Source: an uncultured Methanosarcinales archaeon
GTDB lineage: Archaea; Nanobdellota; Nanobdellia; Woesearchaeales; CAZYIM01
NCBI GenBank assembly: GCA_964647565.1
Contig: CAZYIM010000002.1
Coordinates: 16,235-80,234, forward strand
Direction: 5' to 3'
Length of the DNA stretch: 64,000 nt
The notes beneath the pieces are model-generated. The model was not told the DNA's origin. It saw only the letters and a list, made by a program, of their open reading frames with translations, and ran no database searches. The position numbers were made by a program, and so were the translations under genes. The number at the start of each line of letters is the position of its first letter. Positions within the stretch are counted from its first letter, which is position 1. This document shows, piece by piece, positions 50,115 to 59,610 of the stretch.

Positions 50115-50999
50115 ATGGCTCCGCAAGATAATCCGCTCTATGATGCATTATTGAAGAATCCTGAAAAAGAGCTATTGAAATTAGAGGGTTCTTTTCAATG
50201 CAATATTGGCAGGGAGAGAAAGTTTGACCTACATCCACTGCATATCATCAGGATACCAGAGAGAAAGATCTTACGAGAACAGATTTATGAGCGCTATGGC
50301 ATTGAGAATATTGACAGCTATTACATCCCTGTCATCCTGGATACAGTCAGTTACAGGCTCATCTCCAGGAATGAAGAGCCTGATTGGATCAAGGATATGT
50401 GGGATTTCGATGAAAAGGAAAAGAGCAGGGAAGGCATACTTATGCATAGGCAGAACTGTCTTATCGGCTATATGTCTGTGTATTTTCCAAGTGCTGAAGC
50501 TATAGAGCATGAAGCCATACACGCGTATTTTTTCAACAACCCTAATTATAAGAAATATTCAGGCAAATGGAACGTCTACAAAATACCTCCTGAAATTCGT
50601 GGCTGGACAGAAGCAATATCATACACAACCACCCGCAAACGTGAAGAGCTGGATGCAGAGGCGATAATAGACAGTTATGTCGGATCTGCAGTGCCCGAAG
50701 AGGACATAACCAGATTTACAGATGTAAAGGTTTTATTGAATATTATTCGACAAACTGCCAAAGCCTCGTTCAAGGATATAATCGATGGGCGTATATCCCG
50801 GCTGCCATTGAAGCTGGCAGCAGTTCCATTAATATTTGCTTACCAAATCGTTAATCCTGTCAGCAAGAGAAACAAGATCAGGCAAAGCTGGAAAGAGTCT
50901 TTTGATCTTTCACAAAACCTGATAGAGAAATATGGCAAGAAAGAGTTCTTAAGGTTTGCAGGCCAGTATACAAGGGAAGACCTGCTCAGGAGGCTATAA
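50115..50999 (+). CDS. hypothetical protein with HExxH motif (putative zinc metallopeptidase)
   Basis: EAIEHEAIHAYF contains HEAIH. First gene of a GC-richer four-gene operon. Confidence 0.45.
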   Translation: MAPQDNPLYDALLKNPEKELLKLEGSFQCNIGRERKFDLHPLHIIRIPERKILREQIYERYGIENIDSYYIPVILDTVSYRLISRNEEPDWIKDMWDFDEKEKSREGILMHRQNCLIGYMSVYFPSAEAIEHEAIHAYFFNNPNYKKYSGKWNVYKIPPEIRGWTEAISYTTTRKREELDAEAIIDSYVGSAVPEEDITRFTDVKVLLNIIRQTAKASFKDIIDGRISRLPLKLAAVPLIFAYQIVNPVSKRNKIRQSWKESFDLSQNLIEKYGKKEFLRFAGQYTREDLLRRL

Positions 51000-52366
51000 T
51001 GCTTCAGGAACAGATCGACAAGGCATTGACAGTGTTCTCGCCAAAAGAGCTGAGAATGCTTGCGAAAAAAACAGGACAGTTTGCAAAACAAATTGCAGGG
51101 GACAGGAATAGCCCTTATTTTTATGTTGACACTTATCCTACTCCTGATTTTAAGGCAACCCATCAAAGAGAAGGCATTGTTCTGGGATATGTTCTTGAAG
51201 ACCTTGTTTGCCAGCCAATAATCAATAAGGTAGTTGAACTGCTTGACATGCCTGTCCACAGGCCTAAAGGCCCATATCATATATCTATCGCCTTCCAGAG
51301 ACGTGCCTATATAGAACATCTGGATAACATGCCATCCAGGGCAGCTATTGATTCAGATGTGGACTTTACAAGGCAGGCCAAAATGATTATTAAAAAGATT
51401 GAAAAGATCCGAAAAGAGTGTGATGAAAATAAAGAATCACGAGTCCTGGATATACAAAATCAAGATAAAAGTTATATTGGTATTGATATCGATGATCTGC
51501 TCAGAGGCACAATAATAAGCAAGATCGAAGATGCCATATGCGGCCATCTGGAAGAGAGCATCAATACTCTTCAGGGTGATTATTTTTATGAAGAACCGTT
51601 GAAGGTTGGAAAAACACAAAATTTAGGCGGGGATATCTATCTATATGGCCATCTCAAGTCTGTAGGTTATATGCTGGGTCGCCATCTTGGATGCCTAACA
51701 GGCCCAGAGGATAAAAGACCATTAGTTAGGGAAACATTAGATACAACAAAAACACTTCCAATCATTGAGAAAATTACACATGCACTGGCGGCTTTGGTCA
51801 ATCAGGAGGTGCAAAAAGCATTTAGTGATCCTGGTTATGATTCGAAATATGTGCAGAGGGCTGAGCAGCAAACAACTGTATCTTATCGCGACATAATATA
51901 TGCTGCGTCACCTTTTAACCTGATGAGACGAGAGCTTGAATCCTGGGTCAGTGGTTTATATTTTACCGAGCCAGGAATATATCAAAACCATAAAAGGACT
52001 GTTTTGGTTGAAGAGACGAAAAGAGAGTCTCGCTTAAAGATTGTAAGCGCTGATCAGATGCAGGCCTTGGCAGAGTATACATGGAACTCAACGACAGATT
52101 GGATTAACCAGCGGCAGGGAGATTTCAGTATGATGTATCATGTTGGTTGTTCGAGTTCATTCTTAATGCAGCAGATCATTGATAATCCTCACAGGCCGCA
52201 CCAGATGATAGTTGTGAACAAATATGCTGACGGAATAGAAGAGTTGACTCGGCAGTGTGCAGAAACTTTAGTGAAAAAGCAATATCCTGTTGTGGAATTG
52301 TGCCAAAAACCCAGGAATCCTCAAAAGCCCTATCTTAAGATGGGCGAGATTACCTGGCAGAGATGA
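50999..52366 (+). CDS. hypothetical protein (455 aa)
   Basis: ATGA-type overlap with upstream gene. No motif recognised. Confidence 0.45.
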   Translation: MLQEQIDKALTVFSPKELRMLAKKTGQFAKQIAGDRNSPYFYVDTYPTPDFKATHQREGIVLGYVLEDLVCQPIINKVVELLDMPVHRPKGPYHISIAFQRRAYIEHLDNMPSRAAIDSDVDFTRQAKMIIKKIEKIRKECDENKESRVLDIQNQDKSYIGIDIDDLLRGTIISKIEDAICGHLEESINTLQGDYFYEEPLKVGKTQNLGGDIYLYGHLKSVGYMLGRHLGCLTGPEDKRPLVRETLDTTKTLPIIEKITHALAALVNQEVQKAFSDPGYDSKYVQRAEQQTTVSYRDIIYAASPFNLMRRELESWVSGLYFTEPGIYQNHKRTVLVEETKRESRLKIVSADQMQALAEYTWNSTTDWINQRQGDFSMMYHVGCSSSFLMQQIIDNPHRPHQMIVVNKYADGIEELTRQCAETLVKKQYPVVELCQKPRNPQKPYLKMGEITWQR

Positions 52367-52424
52367 TTTATCTCCTTGGAAATTCTCCAAAAGTGTTTTA
52401 TATTAGTTTTGACAATATGTCATT

Positions 52425-52805
52425 ATGAGCAGTGGAAAAGGGATTCCTGCTGGCTGGCTGGGTATTACTGAGCTGATAAAGGAAAGGCTTGAAAATGAGA
52501 ATCGGATCAGGAATAAAGGCGGCAATAAGTTTCTGCAGCTAGAGGCCCGGTTGACTGACCAGGCGTCTGGTAAGCTGATGGAGGACATTGTCATCTACGC
52601 GATTAGGACCATAAAGGATAAGTCTGAAGCAGAGGATTTCCTAAATGGCTATATAGAGAATATCAAGAGCCATCCAGCCAAGTATGATTTGAAGCAGGAT
52701 GCTATGGATTATGCAAAGAATGACATCTATCTTGCCCTGAACATGCATTTTGCCTCCAAACAGACGCACAGGCTTTGGAATGATGTGCTTGGTGGGCCCA
52801 GGTGA
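52425..52805 (+). CDS. hypothetical protein ending in ...LGGPR
   Basis: 126 aa, largely helical by composition. C-terminus carries Gly-Gly two residues before the stop, immediately upstream of the JAMM gene. Confidence 0.4.
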   Translation: MSSGKGIPAGWLGITELIKERLENENRIRNKGGNKFLQLEARLTDQASGKLMEDIVIYAIRTIKDKSEAEDFLNGYIENIKSHPAKYDLKQDAMDYAKNDIYLALNMHFASKQTHRLWNDVLGGPR

Positions 52806-52808
52806 TCT

Positions 52809-53267
52809 ATGATAGAAAAGATCATTCTTAGACAATGTTATGCTCATGGCATCGATACGTATCCTGAGGAGGCGTGCGGATTGATCAGCGGGCCGGCTGA
52901 TCAGCAGGAGCTGTTGTCAAAAGTACATCGCATGCGTAATGTGCTGGATGAATTCCACGCAGAGATTCCTGTACAGTTCCCCCGAACCAATCTCACTGGA
53001 TATATCATTGATCCAATGGAACACAGGGATCTGGAGAACCAGCTTAAAACGCAAAACCAAAGCATAAAGATCATTTATCACAATCATGTAGATAAGCATG
53101 CCTATTTCTCAGAAACTGACATAAAGTATGCCCTTTGGCATGGTGAACCAACCCAGCCAGGCGTCCACTATCTGGTCTGCAGTATCAGGAATATGATGCC
53201 TGCTGGTGCTGTTTTAGCCATGTTCAATTCAGTTTCAGAGGTTTTTGATGTTGTAAAGATTGAATGA
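52809..53267 (+). CDS. JAMM/MPN+ (Mov34) family metalloprotease
   Basis: EACGLI...YHNHVDKHAYFSETD matches the E-x(n)-HxH-x7-S-xx-D JAMM motif. Confidence 0.7.
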   Translation: MIEKIILRQCYAHGIDTYPEEACGLISGPADQQELLSKVHRMRNVLDEFHAEIPVQFPRTNLTGYIIDPMEHRDLENQLKTQNQSIKIIYHNHVDKHAYFSETDIKYALWHGEPTQPGVHYLVCSIRNMMPAGAVLAMFNSVSEVFDVVKIE

Positions 53268-53422
53268 TTGGTGGCCTAAAGAAAAATATTTAGATTTTCG
53301 GAGATCTTCTGATTTTTTTGGGTAAACACTTATTAAGATATTTTCTCAAATGTTGATGGTGGTAAGATAGAATAAGAATCTTTATATATAAGCTGTTATA
53401 TACAGACTATAGGTGATATATA

Positions 53423-53647
53423 ATGGCATCAACAACAATCCAGCTTGAGAAATCGCTTGTCGATTCGCTAAAAGAGATTCGACAATATCCTAGGCAGACA
53501 TATAACGAACTTATTGAACAGATGATTAAAGTGTTTAAGGCTGTAAAGGAAAGAAACCAGTACGATGAATTCCTGCATAAGGTGCAGAGCGCAAAGATGA
53601 AGGAATTATGGGATAACAAGGAAGATGAGGTTTGGGATGACGCTTAA
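53423..53647 (+). CDS. putative antitoxin (small partner of MazF-like toxin)
   Basis: 74-aa acidic protein overlapping the downstream toxin gene by 23 nt. Confidence 0.4.
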   Translation: MASTTIQLEKSLVDSLKEIRQYPRQTYNELIEQMIKVFKAVKERNQYDEFLHKVQSAKMKELWDNKEDEVWDDA

Positions 53648-53951
53648 ATCTGGTGATGTAGTACTGGCCAGGGTCCAATTCACAGACACTTTCGAGATCA
53701 AGAAGAGACCTGTCCTCATATTGTTTGAGGAATTTGATAATGTAGTTGTTGCAGGTATTACTAGCAATCTGGGCATGAAGGGAATTCGGTTGACTAAAAA
53801 AGAGGGTGCGCTCAAAGATAGTGTTATTAAACTGAACTATATATTCACTGTTTCGAGTGTTATGATCGAGAAGAAATTGTTCTCATTATCTCCAGAAAAA
53901 AGAAATATTGTTTATAAAGGTTTGAGGACTAAGATTGATGGCCTGAAATAA
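53625..53951 (+). CDS. MazF/PemK-family toxin-like endoribonuclease
   Basis: GDVVLARVQFTDTFEIKKRPVLILF...VVVAGITSN...DSVIKLNYIFTV matches the PemK/MazF pattern. Confidence 0.55.
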   Translation: MRFGMTLKSGDVVLARVQFTDTFEIKKRPVLILFEEFDNVVVAGITSNLGMKGIRLTKKEGALKDSVIKLNYIFTVSSVMIEKKLFSLSPEKRNIVYKGLRTKIDGLK

Positions 53952-53959
53952 AGAAAAAG

Positions 53960-54388
53960 TTATTTTGCTTGGCCTACTATGAACGGATCTGTGTTTAGTT
54001 CTTTTACACTGAACAGTGGTTTGTGATTGTAAGCGTTGTAGAAATCCATTCTCCATCCATATGCTGAGGGTTGGATGTGGGAGATGAGAAGACCGCCTGG
54101 TGTGACTCCCTGGTTTTCAATATGGATGAGATATGCCCTTGAATTAAGGAATATGTCGCTTACTGGTTCATTTTTTTGTTTTTTTTGAAGTTGGGCCTTT
54201 CCTCTGGCCGCATAATCTGCAAGCTCGTTATAGACAAGGTTGCTCTCGTTGATTTTCTTGATAGTCTTTTCAAGAACATCCAAAGGATAATTTTTTTGAT
54301 GGACTTCAATTTTAAACTTCCATTTTGGAAAGTTTTCTTTTATGATCAATGTTAGTTCATCTTTCATTCGTTGTTTTCTTGTGCACAT
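53960..54388 (-). CDS. hypothetical protein
   Basis: 142-aa ORF. Confidence 0.4.
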   Translation of the reverse strand: MCTRKQRMKDELTLIIKENFPKWKFKIEVHQKNYPLDVLEKTIKKINESNLVYNELADYAARGKAQLQKKQKNEPVSDIFLNSRAYLIHIENQGVTPGGLLISHIQPSAYGWRMDFYNAYNHKPLFSVKELNTDPFIVGQAK

Positions 54389-54399
54389 ATTTACCGCCT

Positions 54400-54972
54400 T
54401 TATTGTTTACTTCTTTTCATCAATTGTTTGTGATTTTGACTGATATATTGGTTGATCGGGTCGAAGATTACATCCAAAGGGACTGTTTTTGGATCTATAT
54501 TCCTTCTTTGTAACCTTGTTGTAAGGTAATCTAAATAGTCCTGGCCATGAGACTTGCCTGCCAGTGCAGTGCGCCACACGCTGTCTCTTGAACTTGTTGC
54601 CTTTACACTCCAAAGACGTTTTTTCCAAAATTTATTCTCGTCAATGTTCAAACTTAACTTTAAATCCTTATTTTTATAATGTAATGATTTTATTGGTTTT
54701 AAAAGATATTTAGTCAGGCTTGCATCCCCGTATACCTGATCCCCATACCATATGTCAAAGTCAAATACTCTGGCAATGTAAAGAACTTTTTGATTACCTT
54801 CAGTTGTGTAGTGATCGTAACGTTGATTGCTGAAATATCGTTGCTTGTTAACAGTTGCGCGTCGATCGAATAATTTGTGGCCTTCATCCTTTAGTTCGAG
54901 GGATGGACTGGGTGTTTTCTTTGGAATGCGTCTGGGTTTCCTTCCAGATGTATCGTTAAATATTATTGTTGA
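54400..54972 (-). pseudogene. ORF lacking a canonical start (possible truncated or decaying gene)
   Basis: The reading frame is open for about 190 codons from 54972 down to 54400. The only ATG/GTG/TTG in frame is the TTG at 54651, which the track uses. Upstream codons encode plausible protein (...KPRRIPKKTPSPSLELKDEGHKLFDRRATVNKQRYFSNQRYDHYTTEGNQKVLYIARVFDFDIWYGDQVYGD...). Confidence 0.3.
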
Positions 54973-55010
54973 TTTGATTTTAGTTCCTCAGTAACTTTTT
55001 TTGAGGAAGA

Positions 55011-55150
55011 GTTGATCGGATTCTTGCCAGACAAAAATCCGATCCGTTTTTTCCTCATTTTCTCGGGCGAGAAATTATGAATGTGATATCAAGAAAGCCA
55101 GATCGGATCCTGGTTTCCTTGGATATCCGATCTGTTTTCTTCTCAGTCGA
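55011..55150. promoter_or_regulatory. two hairpin/palindrome elements built on GATCGGAT upstream of the Lrp/AsnC gene
   Basis: GATCGGATT(55012-55020)...AATCCGATC(55038-55046) followed by TTTTTT. A second pair AGATCGGAT(55108-55116)...ATCCGATCT(55135-55143) follows. Confidence 0.25.
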
Positions 55151-55243
55151 TATTTTGATGTTAACTACTTATATGTAAGTACTTGTTGATATTTAAAAGT
55201 TTGTACCGAAAACTTTAAATATTATTATAAATATAAACATATT

Positions 55244-56209
55244 ATGGATAAAATTCAGAAACTTGATAAGAAAAATCAGAAGCTGTTATTGGGGCTCTTT
55301 AAGTCTGGCAGGGCGTCGTTTAGAGAGCTCGGCAGGAAGATTGGTGTCTCGACAGAGATGGCTCGCTATCGTCTTGAACGCCTGGAAAAAAACTGTGTGT
55401 TAAGAAGGGTGACGCCGTTAATAGATTTTGCATGCCTTGGCTTTGTTACTTATCGATTGCAGCTGCAGTTTGGAACGTGTACAAAAGAGGAGAAAGAGGA
55501 TTTTTTTAGGACAGCCTCTGGAATAAAGCAGTTCAGATGGGTGGTGAGGTTGACTGGCAATTGGGACATGCTGATGTATTTTCTTGTAAAGGACCATACG
55601 GAGTTCTCAAAAATTTATGATGTGTTGATGCATAAGCATGGACGTATTGTGAAGGACAGGATAATAAGCACAACCACCCGGCTCTATCATCTAGCTCCAG
55701 AATATATACGCAGTAATAAGGCTGCTGAAAGACGTCTATATATAACACATCAAAATTTTGATAAGGTTGAAATAGATGGGCTTGACGTAAAGATCATAAA
55801 TGCTCTGCTAAAAGATGGCAGGGTTTCGTTATCAGATATGGCTAGTACTCTTAAGATGCCTTTTTCTACAATAAGGCGAAGATTTGAAATCCTGAAGACA
55901 AAAGGTATAATCGTTGGCTTTGTTCCTATGATAGAGAATGAAACGATTGGATATCATCATTTTAAGATCATGATACGGCTTGCGAATTATGATGATAAGA
56001 ATAAGTTGCTTACAAGATTGTCACAGCATCCTAACGTTACCTATATATTTGAGTCCATGGGGAAATATGACCTTGAGTTTGATGCAAATTTTAGGTCGGA
56101 GTTTATGGTGCAGAAATTTGTTAGGGAGCTTTCAGATGAGATTGCTGTCAGTGAGTTTGATGTCCTATACTTTGAAGAAGAGAAAGTTGTTAATGAGCCT
56201 CCATTCTAG
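55244..56209 (+). CDS. tandem Lrp/AsnC-family transcriptional regulator (two HTH + RAM modules)
   Basis: Two repeats of HTH_AsnC-like sequence (KLLLGLFKSGRASFRELGRKIGVSTEMARYRLERLEK; KIINALLKDGRVSLSDMASTLKMPFSTIRRRFEILK), each followed by a ligand-binding-like region. Confidence 0.6.
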   Translation: MDKIQKLDKKNQKLLLGLFKSGRASFRELGRKIGVSTEMARYRLERLEKNCVLRRVTPLIDFACLGFVTYRLQLQFGTCTKEEKEDFFRTASGIKQFRWVVRLTGNWDMLMYFLVKDHTEFSKIYDVLMHKHGRIVKDRIISTTTRLYHLAPEYIRSNKAAERRLYITHQNFDKVEIDGLDVKIINALLKDGRVSLSDMASTLKMPFSTIRRRFEILKTKGIIVGFVPMIENETIGYHHFKIMIRLANYDDKNKLLTRLSQHPNVTYIFESMGKYDLEFDANFRSEFMVQKFVRELSDEIAVSEFDVLYFEEEKVVNEPPF

Positions 56210-56231
56210 GAGATTCTTCAGATGCATATTG

Positions 56232-56747
56232 TTAATCAATTATTTCGTTAATCTTTGCAATAAACTTTTTTGCTTTTTCGTATATTTCTTCAACTCTTCT
56301 TTGCGTGTATATTTTTGTGGCACTGTATCTGCTCACTGAGCTTTCAGTTCTTGCTTCCTTGAAGTAGTCTATGTAATCATCTTCAAATATCTTGTGAGCT
56401 TGGTCTAGAAGCTCTAAGTCTTCTTTTTCAATCTCATCTGGCACAAGAAGATGGCTGAGAGCGATTTGTGTTGAGTAGTGATCATCTGTTTCATATCCTT
56501 TTGTTAGAATTATAGCTTTTGCTAGATATAACATGGAGTAATAGCAGATAGTGATGGTCCAGTAATCCCTTGCAGGCTCATCAGATTCTTTGATGGATCT
56601 TGCCAGATCAAAACTATCATTTCCTTTTTTTACAAACTTTTTTATCTTAAAGCTGGCGTTGCTTTCTCTTATGAAAAACTTGTGTGCTTCTGACTCTTTC
56701 AAGAGTTTATTAAATTCTTTTTCATATGTTTCTTTGTTAAATTCCAT
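56232..56747 (-). CDS. HEPN-like helical protein (partner of adjacent nucleotidyltransferase)
   Basis: 171-aa all-helical protein overlapping the upstream nucleotidyltransferase gene by 11 nt. The arrangement is typical of MNT-HEPN pairs. The HEPN Rx4-6H motif is not clearly seen. Confidence 0.35.
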   Translation of the reverse strand: MEFNKETYEKEFNKLLKESEAHKFFIRESNASFKIKKFVKKGNDSFDLARSIKESDEPARDYWTITICYYSMLYLAKAIILTKGYETDDHYSTQIALSHLLVPDEIEKEDLELLDQAHKIFEDDYIDYFKEARTESSVSRYSATKIYTQRRVEEIYEKAKKFIAKINEIID

Positions 56748-57321
56748 TTTTATTCTTCCAGATAATGTTCCAGAAATATTCTTCTCCGTGCAGTATTATA
56801 TGTTTTTTTAGTATTTCATTTGTAAGATTATGTTCTTCTTCATTTAACATGGCTTTGAATTCTTTTCTTGAAAAGAATAAGGGATTTACTTTTACATCAT
56901 ATAGGTGCTCGAATTGTGAAAAATTAATATTGTTTTTTCCATCTTTATTTACGGCGCAGATATCAACATCACTTTTCTTCCTGTGTGTTTCATTTGCTCT
57001 TGATCCAAAAATTATTAAAGTATATTCTCCCTCAGGTAAATTCTTTTTAATTAACTTGAATTCAGGGTATTTTGTTAAGAAGGAATCTGTCATTTTCCGT
57101 TCAGCTAGGATGAGATAGTTTTTTGTGATGTTATCATCCTTCTTTAATGATACAAGCTTGATGTTTCCTTTCTGATTGATTCTGAATAATTCCTTATTTG
57201 CTTCGATAAGTCTGTGTGTTGTAGTATTTGGTACACTTGATTCTATTGAAAGCTGTCTGATTGGTATATCATCATTCATGTGTTTTCCTAAAAAATATAT
57301 TAATCTAAAAAGATTTCCCAT
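56737..57321 (-). CDS. minimal nucleotidyltransferase (MNT) domain protein with N-terminal wHTH
   Basis: LIIFGSRANETHRKKSDVDICAV matches the GS-x9-13-DxD nucleotidyltransferase motif. N-terminal HTH-like segment. Confidence 0.55.
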   Translation of the reverse strand: MGNLFRLIYFLGKHMNDDIPIRQLSIESSVPNTTTHRLIEANKELFRINQKGNIKLVSLKKDDNITKNYLILAERKMTDSFLTKYPEFKLIKKNLPEGEYTLIIFGSRANETHRKKSDVDICAVNKDGKNNINFSQFEHLYDVKVNPLFFSRKEFKAMLNEEEHNLTNEILKKHIILHGEEYFWNIIWKNKNGI

Positions 57322-57391
57322 TTTTGGTAAATATTTACCATATTTAGTATTTAAGTTTTTCGGTTTTGTGGTAAAATAGAGACGAATGATC

Positions 57392-58003
57392 TTATCTGAA
57401 TAGGTTGGCGATAAGATTGTAGATTTTCTTTAATGGGATCTCTGCCTGTGTCTGATAGTACAGTCTTCTTCCAAATAGGAGGCTATTTTTTGAGGTCAGG
57501 CCAACATTGAGATTAGCGAAGCTGGTGTTGTAACCTATCTTGCCGCCGATGTTGCCCAGGTATTCGGTATTCATGCTTGCAGAGCCGCTCAGGCTGAACT
57601 TTTTTAGGAACGTGGTGCTTAAAGCAGTTGAGAGATTATTCATTTGCTGATCTAAATCTGCTTGGTTCCTTGCAATGCCTGAGGTAAGCTTATAAGGTTG
57701 GAATGTTACACTTGCATTTACTTTGCCAATACTTTTATTGTATTTGAGCTTAAAAGCAGTGTAGCTGTTGGCCTTTCGAAGTGTGTTTTCTTCTCCGAGA
57801 TAACTTGCCTTGTTCATATCAAGATTATCTGTTCCTGCCTCTGCAACTATTTCCAATGCTCCGATTCTAGCTGCCCGATAGCTTAGATAAGTCTTTTGAC
57901 CAACAGTTGTGCCTGAACTCTTGTTGAGCTTAAGCTTGGTCTGTGCAAAACTAGATGTTGTCAATAAGATTGCTAACATAGTGATAAATCTTTTTCCTTT
58001 CAT
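57392..58003 (-). CDS. secreted beta-strand-rich protein (porin/OmpA-like barrel appearance), hypothetical
   Basis: Signal peptide (AILLTTSSFAQT), alternating hydrophobic pattern, C-terminal aromatic residue. Confidence 0.35.
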   Translation of the reverse strand: MKGKRFITMLAILLTTSSFAQTKLKLNKSSGTTVGQKTYLSYRAARIGALEIVAEAGTDNLDMNKASYLGEENTLRKANSYTAFKLKYNKSIGKVNASVTFQPYKLTSGIARNQADLDQQMNNLSTALSTTFLKKFSLSGSASMNTEYLGNIGGKIGYNTSFANLNVGLTSKNSLLFGRRLYYQTQAEIPLKKIYNLIANLFR

Positions 58004-58086
58004 TAGACCTGGGGAGTGAGAATTCTTATTTATTCTTTTTGGTGTTTTCGCAGTAAGATTTATATAGTTTATTCCTTTTTTTTCTT

Positions 58087-58704
58087 ATGGGTGGTTTGAT
58101 GATTGTGACTATTTCAGGATTGGCTGGTTCTGGTAAGAACAAGCTGGGTGATTTTCTATCAGAGGAGTTTGAGAAGCATACAGGCCATAAGCATGAGCGG
58201 TTTTCGGCAGGTGATTTTAGGAGGGCGCTTGCTGACAAACATGGCATGTCCATTATTGAATTGAACAAGATCGGCGAGACAGAGTCTTGGACTGATCTTG
58301 AAGCTGACATGATGCAGATGGAGTATGCCAAGAAGTACGAGCACATGGTTGTTGATGGTAGGCTTAGCTTTTATTTCATGAAGAAGGCGATTGACCAGTT
58401 TGGTCTTGACAGGCAGTTGTTGAACATATATATAGATGTCTCTGATGAAGAGGCTGCCAACAGGATATGGAAAGATATCTCAATTAAGGGTGCCAACAGA
58501 AATGAGGGTGAGTTCGGCTCTAAGGAAGAGGTGCTGAAGAGCATCAGGGAAAGGAAGCAGTCTGACATAGTGAGATATGGCACGCATTACCGCGGCCTTA
58601 ATCCATACCAAAAACATCATTATCATTTCTATCTTGACTCATCTGATCTAAAAGAAGCTGCAGTAAAAGATGCTGTCCTTGAATACGTCAAGACGCATTT
58701 TTAG
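58087..58704 (+). CDS. cytidylate kinase-like P-loop kinase (paralog of 48821-49411)
   Basis: ITISGLAGSGKNKLG...SAGDFRRALADKHGMSIIE...VVDGRLSFY...YIDV is collinear with the cmk at 48821. Confidence 0.55.
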   Translation: MGGLMIVTISGLAGSGKNKLGDFLSEEFEKHTGHKHERFSAGDFRRALADKHGMSIIELNKIGETESWTDLEADMMQMEYAKKYEHMVVDGRLSFYFMKKAIDQFGLDRQLLNIYIDVSDEEAANRIWKDISIKGANRNEGEFGSKEEVLKSIRERKQSDIVRYGTHYRGLNPYQKHHYHFYLDSSDLKEAAVKDAVLEYVKTHF

Positions 58705-58858
58705 CAGTATCTGACTTTATGTTTGTCTTGGATCTACTGTCTTTTCTATTTGACCCTGGTTATCTTATATTGTGGATGTTATCTTCTTTATAATCTTCAC
58801 TCTTTTAAAGTAGTGTATTGGACAATATTTATATATCTTCTTCACTTTCCCTTTCAGA

Positions 58859-59277
58859 TGATAGAGCTTGAAAATGATGTCCGCACTTTTGTAGAGGAAA
58901 AAGGACTCCGGGATTTATATTCTGACTTAACTGAATGTTTTGACAAGTTCAGCAAAGAAAATGAAAACTTTCCCTACAAACTTTGCAAGCCTGGCAGTAT
59001 CTATGTTGCGAATGGCAGCAGATTCCTGGTCAGGATCTGGGGGGATGAATTCTATATACCTGATTATTTCAAGAGCGGAAAACCCCTTAGACAGGTCCAT
59101 TATTTCAACTACTATGAACCTCCTGATGCCATAATTGATATTGCAGTATCCCAATTTGATGTACATTTTGAAGATATCAAGATACCCGAAGTATTGTTAT
59201 TAGCAAGAGACCATTGGTTTGTCAAGAAACACTACAGTCTGAATAGGAAGAACCTGCTTCCTTCAGATACATTTTAA
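58859..59277 (+). CDS. hypothetical protein
   Basis: Start chosen at ATG 58859 (MIELEND...), preceded by a TATA-like TTTATATAT about 30 nt upstream. The track ORF begins at TTG 58723 and would add an odd hydrophobic leader. Confidence 0.4.
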
Positions 59278-59301
59278 AATACATAACTATTTCTGATAAG
59301 A

Positions 59302-59610
59302 ATGGCTGACGAAAAAATTTTGGAGATTTCAGATGACAAGCTTGACAAATACTTTAAGATAACAGGCGAGGCCTTGGAGATGGCAAGAGCAGCCCCTAAA
59401 AGAAAAGACATGCCTGATGAGGCAGAAGATTTTCTGGACATGGCCAATAGATATTACGAGGATGCAGGACATTTCAGAGAAAAAGGTGATTATGTCAATG
59501 CCTTTGCAGCGCTCAACTATGCGCACGGCTGGCTGGATGCAGGTGCCAGGATAGGCTTGTTTGAGGTCAAGGACAGCAGGTTGTTCACTGTCGATGATGT
59601 CGATGACTAG
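59302..59610 (+). CDS. small conserved archaeal protein (DUF357-like)
   Basis: 102 aa. YEDAGHFREKGDYVNAFAALNYAHGWLDAGARIG resembles DUF357-family proteins. Confidence 0.4.
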   Translation: MADEKILEISDDKLDKYFKITGEALEMARAAPKRKDMPDEAEDFLDMANRYYEDAGHFREKGDYVNAFAALNYAHGWLDAGARIGLFEVKDSRLFTVDDVDD

